Shown: positions 9,633 through 19,159, numbered from the stretch's first letter. The stretch is DNA of 64,000 nucleotides from Candidatus Marinacidobacterales bacterium (GCA_965226495.1 OZ245365.1:1632001-1696000), one strand, 5' to 3'. Notes: a model not told the origin generated them from the letters alone. Translations and numbers: made by a program.

Positions 9633-10584
9633 TTTTTCGAGAAATTCTAGCACAGGGGCACGGCGAGTAAAAGGCGGACGCATCCTGGTTATCCGAGCCG
9701 GAGCACTTGGAGACACGATTCTCGCCTTGCCGGCCCTTCGGGCTCTCCATGAGTGGAACCAGGGAGGTCCACTTGATCTAGCCGGCTACCCCTCGGTGCT
9801 GCAGGTGGCCCGCCTCGCTATTCCAGTTCACGCGATCCACTCCGTTGACCGTGCTCTTTTCACCGGCCTATTCTCCGATGGGCTCCCCGCCGAACTCCAA
9901 GGCTTTCTCCGCTCGTTCGACCTAATCGTTGCGTGGGTCCGTGAAGAATCCGTGGATCTCCGGCAGAAGCTCGACCGGGCTGAGATGCCCTGTATTCAGA
10001 CGAATCCGTACCCTCCACCGGGAGCGGGAGTACACGCGAGTCTTCATTTGTTGCAGAGCCTTTCACCTTTGGGTATCCGAGACCCGCTGTCGCCTCCCAA
10101 GCTGGAGTTTCCGATCGATGCGTCACGAGCCGCTCAGGAGTTTCTCACCCAAGCCGGTCTCAAGCAGGGCTGTTTTCTCGCCATTCACTCTGGCAGCGGA
10201 AGCGCCCTCAAGAACTGGGAGCCCAAGAGGTTCGGCAGTCTCGCGACCCGGGCGCGAGCCGCCGGTCAACAAGTCTTGATCATCGAAGGGGAGGCGGACC
10301 GGGAAGCCGCGGTGGCTCTTAGGGGAACGCTTTCTTGGCGTCCCCCAACTGCGGCGGGGCTAAGTCTCCCGGTTCTTGGCGCCGTCCTGTTCCAAGCTGG
10401 TGTTTTCGTGGGAAACGATTCGGGAGTCTCGCACCTCGCCGCCGCCTCGGGGGCCCCAACGATCGCCCTTTTTGGTCCCACCGATCCCGCGGTGTGGGCT
10501 CCTCTCGGTCCATCCGTCGAGATTCTGCCCCAGACCTCCTCTGACGAGGCGGTCTGGGAGGCGGCCCAGCGGTTAGCCAGGTAG
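9514..10584 (+). CDS. Glycosyltransferase family 9 (heptosyltransferase-like); start uncertain
   Basis: ILVIRAGALGD, HSGSGSALKNW, FVGNDSGVSHLAAA and LFGPTDP motifs. Confidence 0.88.
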   Translation: MKKTAMSASSSSSASAQRSEPRATERSNRNAANDRNSLDIFSRNSSTGARRVKGGRILVIRAGALGDTILALPALRALHEWNQGGPLDLAGYPSVLQVARLAIPVHAIHSVDRALFTGLFSDGLPAELQGFLRSFDLIVAWVREESVDLRQKLDRAEMPCIQTNPYPPPGAGVHASLHLLQSLSPLGIRDPLSPPKLEFPIDASRAAQEFLTQAGLKQGCFLAIHSGSGSALKNWEPKRFGSLATRARAAGQQVLIIEGEADREAAVALRGTLSWRPPTAAGLSLPVLGAVLFQAGVFVGNDSGVSHLAAASGAPTIALFGPTDPAVWAPLGPSVEILPQTSSDEAVWEAAQRLAR

Positions 10585-10841
10585 CAGAGTGCTCAAGAAT
10601 TCAGCTGCACCCTGCGCGAGGAGCCCTCAGCTGTCCCGAAGCCGGTAGCCGGCGAAGGGACGGCGGTGGGGGTGAAACCCCACCGCATTGATGAAAGAGC
10701 GAGCGCGGCCCGAGTGGGCCGACGACGGATGCGCCGAGCACGCGAACGCAGCCATGAGCCCATCGGAGTCGCCAGTCGACGGAGCATGAGGCGTGGGGGT
10801 GGGGCCCCGCGCCACTTTCTGGAAGAGTGAGCGTGCACTGA
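10582..10841 (+). repeat. Composite intergenic repeat (backbone plus two double-hairpin modules at 10621-10696 and 10756-10825)
   Basis: Backbone aligns with the reverse complement of 61172-61299; modules align with 25291-25365 and 30140-30217. Confidence 0.8.
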
Positions 10842-11031
10842 CCGCAGAATGTAGGCTCCACCCCGCTACCAAAAAGGGGGAAACCCCTACACAGTAACGT
10901 AGGGAATTGCCTACGTTTCGTGCGAAAACATGATATAGTACTTGAGGTCTTAGGGCTCCGGAAGGGCACCATCACACCACTGATAGTGTCTGTCTGGGCG
11001 CTAGGTAGAAGATGAAGTAACGGCCGCTGTT

Positions 11032-11047
11032 AGGCATGCAACTTGCT
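11032..11047 (+). promoter_or_regulatory. sigma54 (-24/-12) promoter
   Basis: AGGCATGCAACTTGCT, GG-N10-GC, 75 nt before ATG 11123. Confidence 0.65.
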
Positions 11048-11122
11048 AAAAGGGCTCGCATCAGAGCCAATTGGCCCCCGGGGGCACCAAATTTCCTGGG
11101 GCTTAGCAAGGAGTGAAATTCG

Positions 11123-11458
11123 ATGCTTCAATCTGTTGACACGCAACAGTTCGCTATCGGGATCTACCAAGGTTCCGTAAGAGTTGGCAAGGTCCGTTTT
11201 CAAATCGGCATTCGGGCCATCGAAGGCGAGGTGGGCTACACCGCCGAGGAGCCCGAGCTTCGCCGGTCGCTTCGCCGGATCGTCGGGAAGCAGCGCTGGT
11301 GGAGTTGGAAGGAGCTGACCCGCAAGCTTATCGACTCCCTTTCTTTGTCCACTGGGGGCCGGTTCGTCCTGCGGTTCGGAACCACTCCCTCAGATGAGGG
11401 TCGTGGCACCGGTGACGATCGCTTGCGCAGGGCGATCGATCGGGCAGTCAACGAATAA
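11123..11458 (+). CDS. Hypothetical protein (111 aa), monocistronic
   Basis: AAGGAG RBS at 11108, upstream sigma54 motif and downstream terminator. Confidence 0.7.
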   Translation: MLQSVDTQQFAIGIYQGSVRVGKVRFQIGIRAIEGEVGYTAEEPELRRSLRRIVGKQRWWSWKELTRKLIDSLSLSTGGRFVLRFGTTPSDEGRGTGDDRLRRAIDRAVNE

Positions 11459-11537
11459 GCTGGGAATAGTCGAGTAGCTTTAGTCACCCGACTCAGTCCC
11501 ACTAGGCCCGACTAAAACTAAGTATCGAAGGAAGAGC

Positions 11538-11568
11538 GAGGCGCGGACCACCGCGCCTCCATTTTTTT
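11538..11568 (+). terminator. Rho-independent terminator
   Basis: GAGGCGCGG-ACCA-CCGCGCCTC followed by a T7 run. Confidence 0.8.
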
Positions 11569-11589
11569 CTCTCTAAGTTAAGAGAGCTA

Positions 11590-12330
11590 CTACCTGCCTA
11601 ACGCCAGCCGATCCGCGAGGGGAGGCGGCAAGCCAGCGGCACGTATTTTTCTCTGCGTACGGTCGTATCGGTATTCCACGCGGTGGATGGTCATGGTCAT
11701 CTTGGTGGAGTCGAAAATTCCGAAGCTGGCACGTTTGTCTCCATCCCGCGGCTGACCGATCGAGCCCGGATTGATGAGGTAAAAGGCATCCTTTCGGAGC
11801 TGCAGCCGGAACGTGGGGCTGGTGGGGACATAAGTTGTCAACGATTCCGAGTCCAGGCAGAAAGCGACCGGGAAATGACTGTGCCCAAAGAAACATATCG
11901 GGAACTTGAGGAAGCGGAACATGTTGAGTGCTTCGATCTCTCCGAAGATGTAGGCGTCTTCATCGAGTGGGGTGCCATGAGAGATCGAAAACGTCTCGTC
12001 CACGTGGACCGGCCCCTGCGGGAGACCAGCAAGCCACTTGCGGTTGCCGGGAAGGAGTTTTTTCTGGGTCCACTTGGCGGAGACGAGGGCGATGCGGTTG
12101 AACATCTCACCCGATTCCAGCCCGCTACATACCTTATCGTGGTTCCCCCGGATGATGACCGCGCGCTTGAGGGAGCGGACCATGTCGACGATGGGGTTGG
12201 GCTCTGCCCCGTAGCCGACAAGGTCTCCCAAAATCACGGTTCGGTCAAACCGTTTTCTCCGGACGAAACGGAGGACGGCGGTAAGCGCCTCACGGTTCGA
12301 GTGGATGTCGCTCAGTATCAGGTATCTCAT
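11590..12330 (-). CDS. Metallophosphoesterase family protein
   Basis: SDIHSN, GDLVGYG, RGNHD, HG, GHSH and NPGSIGQPRD motifs. Confidence 0.9.
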   Translation of the reverse strand: MRYLILSDIHSNREALTAVLRFVRRKRFDRTVILGDLVGYGAEPNPIVDMVRSLKRAVIIRGNHDKVCSGLESGEMFNRIALVSAKWTQKKLLPGNRKWLAGLPQGPVHVDETFSISHGTPLDEDAYIFGEIEALNMFRFLKFPICFFGHSHFPVAFCLDSESLTTYVPTSPTFRLQLRKDAFYLINPGSIGQPRDGDKRASFGIFDSTKMTMTIHRVEYRYDRTQRKIRAAGLPPPLADRLALGR

Positions 12331-12857
12331 CAGCTCTCGCAGTACGTTTGCAGCACGATGGCGAGTCGTGCGGTGACTTTCGCCAACGGCAACGCATTCA
12401 TGTTGAAGCGAATATCGGCTTTACTATAGTCGAGCAAGCGCTCATCTAGAAGCGCCCTGACTTGCTCCGTGCTGTGCCACAAGGGTCGATGCCGTCCTCT
12501 CGCGCCGCGCTCGATCACGAGTTCGGTCGGCGCATCCAGCCAAACGCTTACGCCACTAGAACCAATAATCTCCCGGTTCTCGGCTCGAGTGAAGGTCCCC
12601 CCACCGGTGGCGATGACTCCTGGCTCTCGTTTCACAATTTCACGAAGGCGCTCGGTCTCGATCGCGCGGAACGAGCCTTCTCCAACCGCGGCGAAGATTT
12701 CGTGGATCTTCTTCCCAATGTCTTGCTCGATCTCTTCATCCAAATCATAAAACGGCACACCGAGACGCTTGGCAACTCCCCGCCCTACCGTGCTTTTGCC
12801 GACCCCCATGAAACCGACGATGAAGAACCGTGTCCCGTCGACAACGTTCTTTGTCAT
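12330..12857 (-). CDS. aroK: Shikimate kinase
   Basis: GFMGVGKST P-loop, DLD, FRAIE, ATGGG, RPL; ATGA overlap with aroA. Confidence 0.93.
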   Translation of the reverse strand: MTKNVVDGTRFFIVGFMGVGKSTVGRGVAKRLGVPFYDLDEEIEQDIGKKIHEIFAAVGEGSFRAIETERLREIVKREPGVIATGGGTFTRAENREIIGSSGVSVWLDAPTELVIERGARGRHRPLWHSTEQVRALLDERLLDYSKADIRFNMNALPLAKVTARLAIVLQTYCES

Positions 12858-14128
12858 GCAACTGCTTGGTCCAAAGTCTCCCAGAACTCCGGGAAGGAAA
12901 CGCTCGCTGCACTTTTTCCTTTGATCTGGCATGTTCCGTCGACACCGAGTGCTGCCACTCCCCACGCCATCGCGATGCGGTGATCACCGAAGCTGTCGAG
13001 ACTGGCCGCGCGCATCGGCCTTCCCCCTCTTACCCGTAGCCCGTCCGTCAGTTCTTCCACGTCGACGTTCAAGGCACGCAGTCCCGTCACCAAAGCATGT
13101 ATCCGGTCGGACTCTTTCACCCGGAGCTCGGAGGCCCCGCGAATGGTTGTTTCCCCATGTGCGAACGAGGCGGCCACCGCGAGGGCGGGGATCTCGTCGA
13201 TGAGTCCGGGCACGCGTTCGGCGGGCACCTCCACGCCGGCTAGCTCCGCGCCCTCGACGCGCACGCTACCGATGACCTCCCCGTCTTGCTCGTGCTCTTC
13301 CTCGATGATTATCCGAGCACCCATGGACTGGAGGACTTCGATGAAGGCAGTGCGGGTCGGGTTCAATCCAACGTCGGTTACGAGGAGACTGGATCCAGGA
13401 AGAACCGCGGCCCCCACAATGAAAAAAGCTGCGGAGGAGATATCGCCCGGAATCCTTATCCTTGTCGATTGCAGCTTGCTTCCGCCGGTGATGCGGACGC
13501 CGTCCTCATCGAGGGAAACCGGCACTCCGAACCGCATGAGAGCGAGCTCGGTATGGTTGCGGGAGGGAAGCGGCTCCTGAACACAGGTGTCGCCCTCGGC
13601 GTGGAGTCCCGCAAGCAAGACGGCGGTTTTTACTTGAGCACTCGCGACCGGAGACCGATAGAGTATGCCTTTGAGGCTCCTGCCACCGCGAATGTGAAGT
13701 GGTGCTCGCCCCTCGGTCGATTCGATGCGCGCGCCCATCCGCTCCAACGGATCGATGACTCGTCGCATCGGTCTGCGCTCCAAGCTTTCGTCGCCGGTCA
13801 AGTGGCTGTCGAACGCTTGGGGCGCAAGGAGACCACAAGCCATGCGGAGCGTGGTCCCCGAATTTCCCGCATAGAGAGTCGAAGAGGGTGCACGAAAGCC
13901 GAGATAGCCCTTGCCCGAGACGGAGACTCGATCGTGCTGGCGCTCCACGCGGACGCCGATGGCCTCGAGAAGGTCTAGCGTGCGTTGGCAGTCTCCGCCC
14001 GCGGGATAGCGCTCGATAACGGAGGTGCCTTGCGCGATAGACGCGAAAAGCGCCGCCCGATGCGCAATCGACTTATCGCCGGGTAGCGCCACGGTCCCGC
14101 GCAGGTGTATCCCGGCTGCTTGCTTCAT
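12854..14128 (-). CDS. aroA: 3-phosphoshikimate 1-carboxyvinyltransferase
   Basis: PGDKSIAHR, GNSGTT, SAQVK, RNHTE, LRVKESDRI and DHRIAM motifs. Confidence 0.96.
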   Translation of the reverse strand: MKQAAGIHLRGTVALPGDKSIAHRAALFASIAQGTSVIERYPAGGDCQRTLDLLEAIGVRVERQHDRVSVSGKGYLGFRAPSSTLYAGNSGTTLRMACGLLAPQAFDSHLTGDESLERRPMRRVIDPLERMGARIESTEGRAPLHIRGGRSLKGILYRSPVASAQVKTAVLLAGLHAEGDTCVQEPLPSRNHTELALMRFGVPVSLDEDGVRITGGSKLQSTRIRIPGDISSAAFFIVGAAVLPGSSLLVTDVGLNPTRTAFIEVLQSMGARIIIEEEHEQDGEVIGSVRVEGAELAGVEVPAERVPGLIDEIPALAVAASFAHGETTIRGASELRVKESDRIHALVTGLRALNVDVEELTDGLRVRGGRPMRAASLDSFGDHRIAMAWGVAALGVDGTCQIKGKSAASVSFPEFWETLDQAVA

Positions 14129-14268
14129 TTTGAAATGGTACCATGCCCCGGTCCAAGGGGGCGAGTCCTGGGGCCGCCTTGATTGCGGCGGCGGCTTTGT
14201 GTTACTAAGCCTCAATCTGCCGAGGCATTAGCGGTAAGCGATTCATCGAGACGCGAGGAAGACACTGA

Positions 14269-14706
14269 ATGGGATCCGCTAGTAAGGTCGTTCAAATCGA
14301 CATTCAGAGTAGTTTCGAGATGGTGGATTTGGTTCAGACCGTCTTCGAGTCCATCTCGACTCAGATCGGCTTCGATCAGGATTCCTCCCATTGGATGAGC
14401 GTAGCCATCCGCGAGTCGGTGACCAACGCGGTGCGTCACGGGAACAAGATGGACTCCACGAAGCGCGTCGTGGTGCGTTTCGAGCTGCACGGTCAGGAGT
14501 TCCGGATCTACGTCGAGGACGAAGGAGAGGGTTTCGATCTGGAGAAGCTCCGTGACCCCTTGGCAGAGGAAAACTTGCTGCGCGCCAACGGGAGGGGCAT
14601 CTTCTTCATGAAGAACTTTATGGACGAAGTGGTGTACCGCTTCCCGCCCAATTGCGGTACACAAGTCAAGATGGTGAAGAAGGTCTCGACGGCGAAGCCA
14701 GACTAG
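14269..14706 (+). CDS. RsbW/SpoIIAB-like anti-sigma factor (HATPase_c)
   Basis: ESVTNAVRHGN, VEDEGEGFD and GRGIFFMKNFMD motifs. Confidence 0.88.
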   Translation: MGSASKVVQIDIQSSFEMVDLVQTVFESISTQIGFDQDSSHWMSVAIRESVTNAVRHGNKMDSTKRVVVRFELHGQEFRIYVEDEGEGFDLEKLRDPLAEENLLRANGRGIFFMKNFMDEVVYRFPPNCGTQVKMVKKVSTAKPD

Positions 14707-15049
14707 TCCCGCCCCGCGCAGCGAGAAAACTCAGCGACCCGGTCAAGGAAAAGAAGCCGAAGCTGAGGCCGGTCACGGCCCGAAGGCCATTGCTCCCCTC
14801 ATACGCTTCCAAAGCCTGCAGTACTATGTCCAGCCCAAGGGGGGCAGCACCGAGGAGGCAGACCTCTGTCCGAGGGATGGGGCGGCGAGTCAGGATGTAC
14901 GCCGCGGCCAGCAGAACTCCCAACGTGATCGCCGTACACCGGACACACAGCGGCAGTTGTGTGTCGTAAACGAACCAACTTCGCTCCGGCATTTGGTGGC
15001 AGAAGATGCCCATGAATTGGAACAGCGTCGCGTAGGCCGAGCCCGCCAT
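14666..15049 (-). CDS. DUF2085-like membrane protein
   Basis: CHQ..ERS....QLPLCVRC and SNGLRAVTG patterns. Confidence 0.75.
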   Translation of the reverse strand: MAGSAYATLFQFMGIFCHQMPERSWFVYDTQLPLCVRCTAITLGVLLAAAYILTRRPIPRTEVCLLGAAPLGLDIVLQALEAYEGSNGLRAVTGLSFGFFSLTGSLSFLAARGGTSLASPSRPSSPS

Positions 15050-15053
15050 CCTT

Positions 15054-15566
15054 TCAATCCTTGAAAATGCGGAAGCCTTTTTGGAAAAGCAGAGGCGTTC
15101 CGCCCTGCTCCAGCGTGGCTTCGTCGAACGAATGAATCCCTGCCGCGACGTTCAGCAAAGGGAGAGGTAACCAACAACAGACGCCAACGATGAGAAAGGT
15201 CAGCACGAAAGCTATGGCAATGTACGAGAACCAAACGCCGAAGATTAGAAGCGCATCTTTCACGTGATCTCTATTCTTCAGCAGCAAGAGTCCGAGACCA
15301 GGCGCGAGCAGACTAACGACCATTGGAACCGCCGGATGTAGCTCGGTGGATTTCCCTGGATCGGGAGTTGTCGGCGATGGGCTTGGCAACGTCGGAGCCG
15401 GCGGCGTGGACGGCGGAGAAGGTGCGGGTGGGGAGGGGAGTTTTTTTGGGGCTACGGTCTTGGCCTTGGGTTTCAGCGGAGGCGAACCGCTCGCTTGCGG
15501 CTTCTGTTTGCTGGGGTCTTTGCGAGGGGGCTTCCGTGAGGTTGTTGCCTTTTTCTTCTTCGCCAT
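15054..15566 (-). CDS. Hypothetical membrane protein with Lys/Pro-rich N-terminus
   Basis: SLLAPGLG plus TM helices; 4 nt upstream of the DUF2085 gene. Confidence 0.65.
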   Translation of the reverse strand: MAKKKKATTSRKPPRKDPSKQKPQASGSPPLKPKAKTVAPKKLPSPPAPSPPSTPPAPTLPSPSPTTPDPGKSTELHPAVPMVVSLLAPGLGLLLLKNRDHVKDALLIFGVWFSYIAIAFVLTFLIVGVCCWLPLPLLNVAAGIHSFDEATLEQGGTPLLFQKGFRIFKD

Positions 15567-15624
15567 GGCGTCAGGACTATAGTCAAGGTGCTTAGGTCAG
15601 TCAAGAACTCATGCACACCGCGCG

Positions 15625-17205
15625 CTACGGTCTCGCGGCATCTCGAGACGTAGGGGCGGGGCTGGCCTCAGCAAGGATCTTTCCCCCGGACTCCGCCATG
15701 ACACGGGTACGCAGAGAGGGTTCGTCTACCAGCTCCTGGAAACGATGAGGTTCGGTCAGAGTTACGATACGGCCCCACTCGAGCACGCGGATTCGAAACT
15801 CCTCGAGAGTCCAGATTTCTCCCAAATGGTCTTGTGTGTAGAAGTGAGCTTGGGGATAGAAATTCTTGTAGCAGATCACCTTTTCATGGGGAGCGAGCTC
15901 AGCGAATCCTATCGATGCGAGCGTCTTGAGCGATTTGTAGGGTTCGATCAACGGCGCCAGATAAAGAACGAGTGTAAGGGTCAATGTCACCGAGCTCGCC
16001 ACCAGGCTCTGGAACGCCACCCGAGGGTGCCTTCGCCCAAGCAGGTAAGTTGCGACGCTGAGAACGATCACCAAAGACCCCAAAACCCAGCCGCCTTCGA
16101 CGATGGCGGGGAGTCGACTGGAGAAGCCATAGACGGCGGCGGCTCCAAGGACGATCGAAAGGCCGAGCTGAATTGCCAGAGGCCGGCTCACCCAGCGAGC
16201 TCCCGGTTCTTCGGTTCTGGACTCGTCGGTCCAGAACGTTCCGACGAGAAGGGAAAGGGGGGGCAGGATCGGCAAGATGTATCCGGGCAGCTTTGAGCCC
16301 GCGAGCGAGAAGAAGACTAGAGGAATACCGATCCACAAGAACAAAAACAGTCGACGTGGATCCCTTTTCCGAAACGCGCTCCAGACTGCTCCGGGAATGA
16401 AGGCGGTCCACGGGACGAGAGCTACGACGAGAATCGGAAGATAGTAGTAGAAAGGACCATCGTGGCGGTGGACCGTGGTTAGGAATCGATCGAGGTTATG
16501 TTGGAACACGAAGGACTCCACGTATTCCCAACCTTGCGCGTTGAGGATCGCTACGTGCCAGGGGGCGACCACCGCCAGAAACGAAACGGTAGATGTCAGC
16601 AAGCTCGCCGGTTTTGGCAGGACGCGGCGATGACTCACGACCTCGAAGAAAACTATGATGACGAGGGGGAGCACAATGCCGACTGGGCCTTTGGTGAGGA
16701 CGGAGGCTCCAAACGCCGCGAAGGCGACGGCAAGCCATTTCTGCGACGGCCGTACCGTCGCGTAGAACAGGTAGGCTCCTAACCCCAGCGTAAGGAAAAA
16801 GGTTAGAACCGAGTCCATGATCGCCGCGCGCCCGTAGAGGACCATGCCAAGGGAGCTCGCTAGCACCACCGCGGATCGTAGGCCGCTAGCGGAACCGAAG
16901 AGCCGAGCCCCCAGGAAGCCAATCGATAGGCAGGTAGCGAGTGCGGCGACTGCCGACGGTAGCCGCACCGCAGCCTCCGTCTCCCCCAACGCCCACATGC
17001 TCGTGGCGGCGACCCAATAGAAAAACGGGGGCTTGTGAAGCCAGGGCTGACCGCGAAGCTCTGGAGTTACCCAATCGCCTCGTTCCAACATCCCTCGCGA
17101 CACTTCGGCGTAGCGAGACTCATCCGGGCCGACTAGACCCACGCCCCCCAGGCGATAAAAGAAAGAAATGGCTCCAAGGACGATAAGAGCCACGGTAAGG
17201 CGCAT
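15625..17205 (-). CDS. ArnT/PMT-like glycosyltransferase family 39
   Basis: DESRYAE, GDWVTP, KPP, RLPS, LTKGP and SKLPGYILP motifs; many TMs. Confidence 0.9.
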   Translation of the reverse strand: MRLTVALIVLGAISFFYRLGGVGLVGPDESRYAEVSRGMLERGDWVTPELRGQPWLHKPPFFYWVAATSMWALGETEAAVRLPSAVAALATCLSIGFLGARLFGSASGLRSAVVLASSLGMVLYGRAAIMDSVLTFFLTLGLGAYLFYATVRPSQKWLAVAFAAFGASVLTKGPVGIVLPLVIIVFFEVVSHRRVLPKPASLLTSTVSFLAVVAPWHVAILNAQGWEYVESFVFQHNLDRFLTTVHRHDGPFYYYLPILVVALVPWTAFIPGAVWSAFRKRDPRRLFLFLWIGIPLVFFSLAGSKLPGYILPILPPLSLLVGTFWTDESRTEEPGARWVSRPLAIQLGLSIVLGAAAVYGFSSRLPAIVEGGWVLGSLVIVLSVATYLLGRRHPRVAFQSLVASSVTLTLTLVLYLAPLIEPYKSLKTLASIGFAELAPHEKVICYKNFYPQAHFYTQDHLGEIWTLEEFRIRVLEWGRIVTLTEPHRFQELVDEPSLRTRVMAESGGKILAEASPAPTSRDAARP

Positions 17206-17285
17206 CGGAACGCATTATAATGATAATCCATGGCAACCAACTTGCCCGTTATCGCCCGCAGACCCAGCAGGGAACAAGCCTCGTC

Positions 17286-18065
17286 ATGAGAGCGGTCGCC
17301 GCCGCTATCGAGGCCGCGCTCGCCGGGGGCGATGTGATCCGTGGCTTCTATGGGGGCACGTTCGAAGTCTCGTTCAAAGGTGACGTCAACCTCGTTACCG
17401 AGGCGGACACCCAATCGGAGCGAACCATCGTTTCCCTTCTTAGGAAGCGCGTGCCAGGAGTTGCGATCCTCGCTGAAGAGAGCGGCGAGAGCGGAGGGAC
17501 GAGTGACCGGCGGTTCATCGTAGATCCCTTGGACGGGACGACGAACTTCGCTCACGGCTATCCTGTCTTCGCGGTATCGATTGGCTACGAAGAGGGCGGT
17601 GAGATACAAGCCGGCGTCGTTTACGACCCCATGCGGGAAGAGCTGTTCGTCGCCGAGAAGGGTGTTGGCGCGTTCCTGAACGGAAGAAGGCTCCAGGTTT
17701 CTCGGACGGGCGAGCTTCGCAACGCGTTAGTGGTCACCGGTTTCCCCTACGATTTGCTCCAGGACCTCACCGGCAATTTGCGACTGTTCACTCGCCTCAT
17801 GGCGGAAGTGCGAGCCATTCGTCGGGATGGCTCGGCGGCTTTGGACATGTGCTATGTGGCGGCTGGTCGCTACGATGGGTTTTGGGAAGAGAAGCTTGGG
17901 CCGTGGGATACTGCGGCGGGCTTGATCATCGTCGCAGAGGCGGGAGGTCAAGTGAGCGACTTTTCGGGAGAAGCCTTCAGTTGTCATGGGAAACAAGTGC
18001 TTGCTTCGAACGGCGTCCTACACGGAGAGATGTTGGCCGTCCTCAAGGACCCTGCGCCTCAGTGA
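17286..18065 (+). CDS. suhB: Inositol monophosphatase family protein
   Basis: VTEAD, AEES, DPLDGTTNF, GSAALD and PWDTAAG motifs; start uncertain. Confidence 0.88.
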   Translation: MRAVAAAIEAALAGGDVIRGFYGGTFEVSFKGDVNLVTEADTQSERTIVSLLRKRVPGVAILAEESGESGGTSDRRFIVDPLDGTTNFAHGYPVFAVSIGYEEGGEIQAGVVYDPMREELFVAEKGVGAFLNGRRLQVSRTGELRNALVVTGFPYDLLQDLTGNLRLFTRLMAEVRAIRRDGSAALDMCYVAAGRYDGFWEEKLGPWDTAAGLIIVAEAGGQVSDFSGEAFSCHGKQVLASNGVLHGEMLAVLKDPAPQ

Positions 18066-18169
18066 CACCTATCCGGTTTTGAGGACACCGGTGTTTGCCC
18101 CCTCGCTCGTCGCACGCTCTAATCGACACACGCTCAAGAGCTAACCTGCCTGGCGGTCTTTGGCGCGGT

Positions 18170-18185
18170 TGGCACACGATCTGCA
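18170..18185 (+). promoter_or_regulatory. sigma54 (-24/-12) promoter
   Basis: TGGCACACGATCTGCA, near-consensus TGGCAC-N5-TTGC. Confidence 0.65.
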
Positions 18186-18271
18186 CTTACTCCAAGAAGC
18201 AACGTTCGAGCCCCCTCCGGAACGCAAAGAATGCAAGACGAGGGAGACGCCTGGCGAGTTCCGCTAGTGAA

Positions 18272-18303
18272 CCCTCACCCTACCCTCTCCCAGGGGGAGA
18301 GGG
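18272..18303 (+). repeat. REP-like palindrome (CCCTCACCC...CCCTCTCCC-N-GGGAGAGGG)
   Basis: Direct reading; related copy on the minus strand at 43716-43771. Confidence 0.7.
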
Positions 18304-18369
18304 ATAAAGGACGGTAGCCAGCATCGAATAGCGCGTGTTTTGGCGTCCGGCACGAGACGAGGGGGCTTC

Positions 18370-19063
18370 ATGAGAACCGCAGCGTTGATCCTTGGGACCT
18401 TGTTGGTGACTGTTCCCACCGAGGCGAACTCCTTTTCTATCCGGCTCGGCTTGTTCTCCCCGCGGGGCGATAGTCGACTCTGGGCGGAGAACGTAGAGAC
18501 TTTCGATTACGCAGTCGACGATTTCAACTCGCTCTTCGCTGGAGTTGAGTTCCATGTCGAGCTAAACGAGTACGTGGACGTTGCGATGGGCGTGGACGGC
18601 TACAGCCGCACACTGGCCACTCGCGGAGAATCGGGACGATTTCGTGTTCCGGGACGTGGACGTTGCGATGGGCGTGGACGGCACCGAGATCCTCCAGGAT
18701 GTACGGTTACGGGTGGCGCCGATTATTGTCGGAACTCGCTTCTTTCCAGCCGGGAAGTTCCATGTATTACTGCCTTACGTCTCGGGGGGGCTGGGCCTGT
18801 ACGTATATGAGTACCGAGAGGAGGGTGAGTTCATCGACTTCTCGACTTCCGAGATCTTCGGGGCGGCCTTCTACGACCGCGGTGTAGCCGTTGGCCTATA
18901 CGCAGCCGCGGGTCTTGAGGCGTCGCTCACCCCGGGCTTTCTCGTCTTCGGGGAGCTACGGCGCCACTTTGTCCGTGCCGAGCATGGCCGCGACTTCGCG
19001 AGTTTCGGCGACCTCGATCTGGATGCAACTCAACTGAGCTTCGGGATTACGTTTCGATTCTGA
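18370..19063 (+). pseudogene. Outer-membrane beta-barrel protein, frameshifted, with internal duplication
   Basis: Signal peptide in frame 18340, barrel strands and C-terminal ...GITFRF in frame 18581; frame change near 18620; 29-bp direct repeat at 18572-18600 and 18654-18682. Confidence 0.75.
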
Positions 19064-19159
19064 AGGTCCAGCGTGCGAGGCCCCGCGAGCTCCACCTTGC
19101 TATAATGGTATGATTCGTCTGGCTCGGCGGTCCGGGCACAAGATTCTTAATTTAGGAGT

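Noticed and set aside
10621-10700. Double-hairpin module as a hammerhead ribozyme (TTGATGAAAG)
   Set aside because: The CUGANGA and GAAA cores are not arranged around stems I-III and are not conserved in the other copies.
18572-18682. 29-bp direct repeat pair as a mini CRISPR array
   Set aside because: Only two units, inside a coding region, 53-bp spacer, no leader or cas genes.
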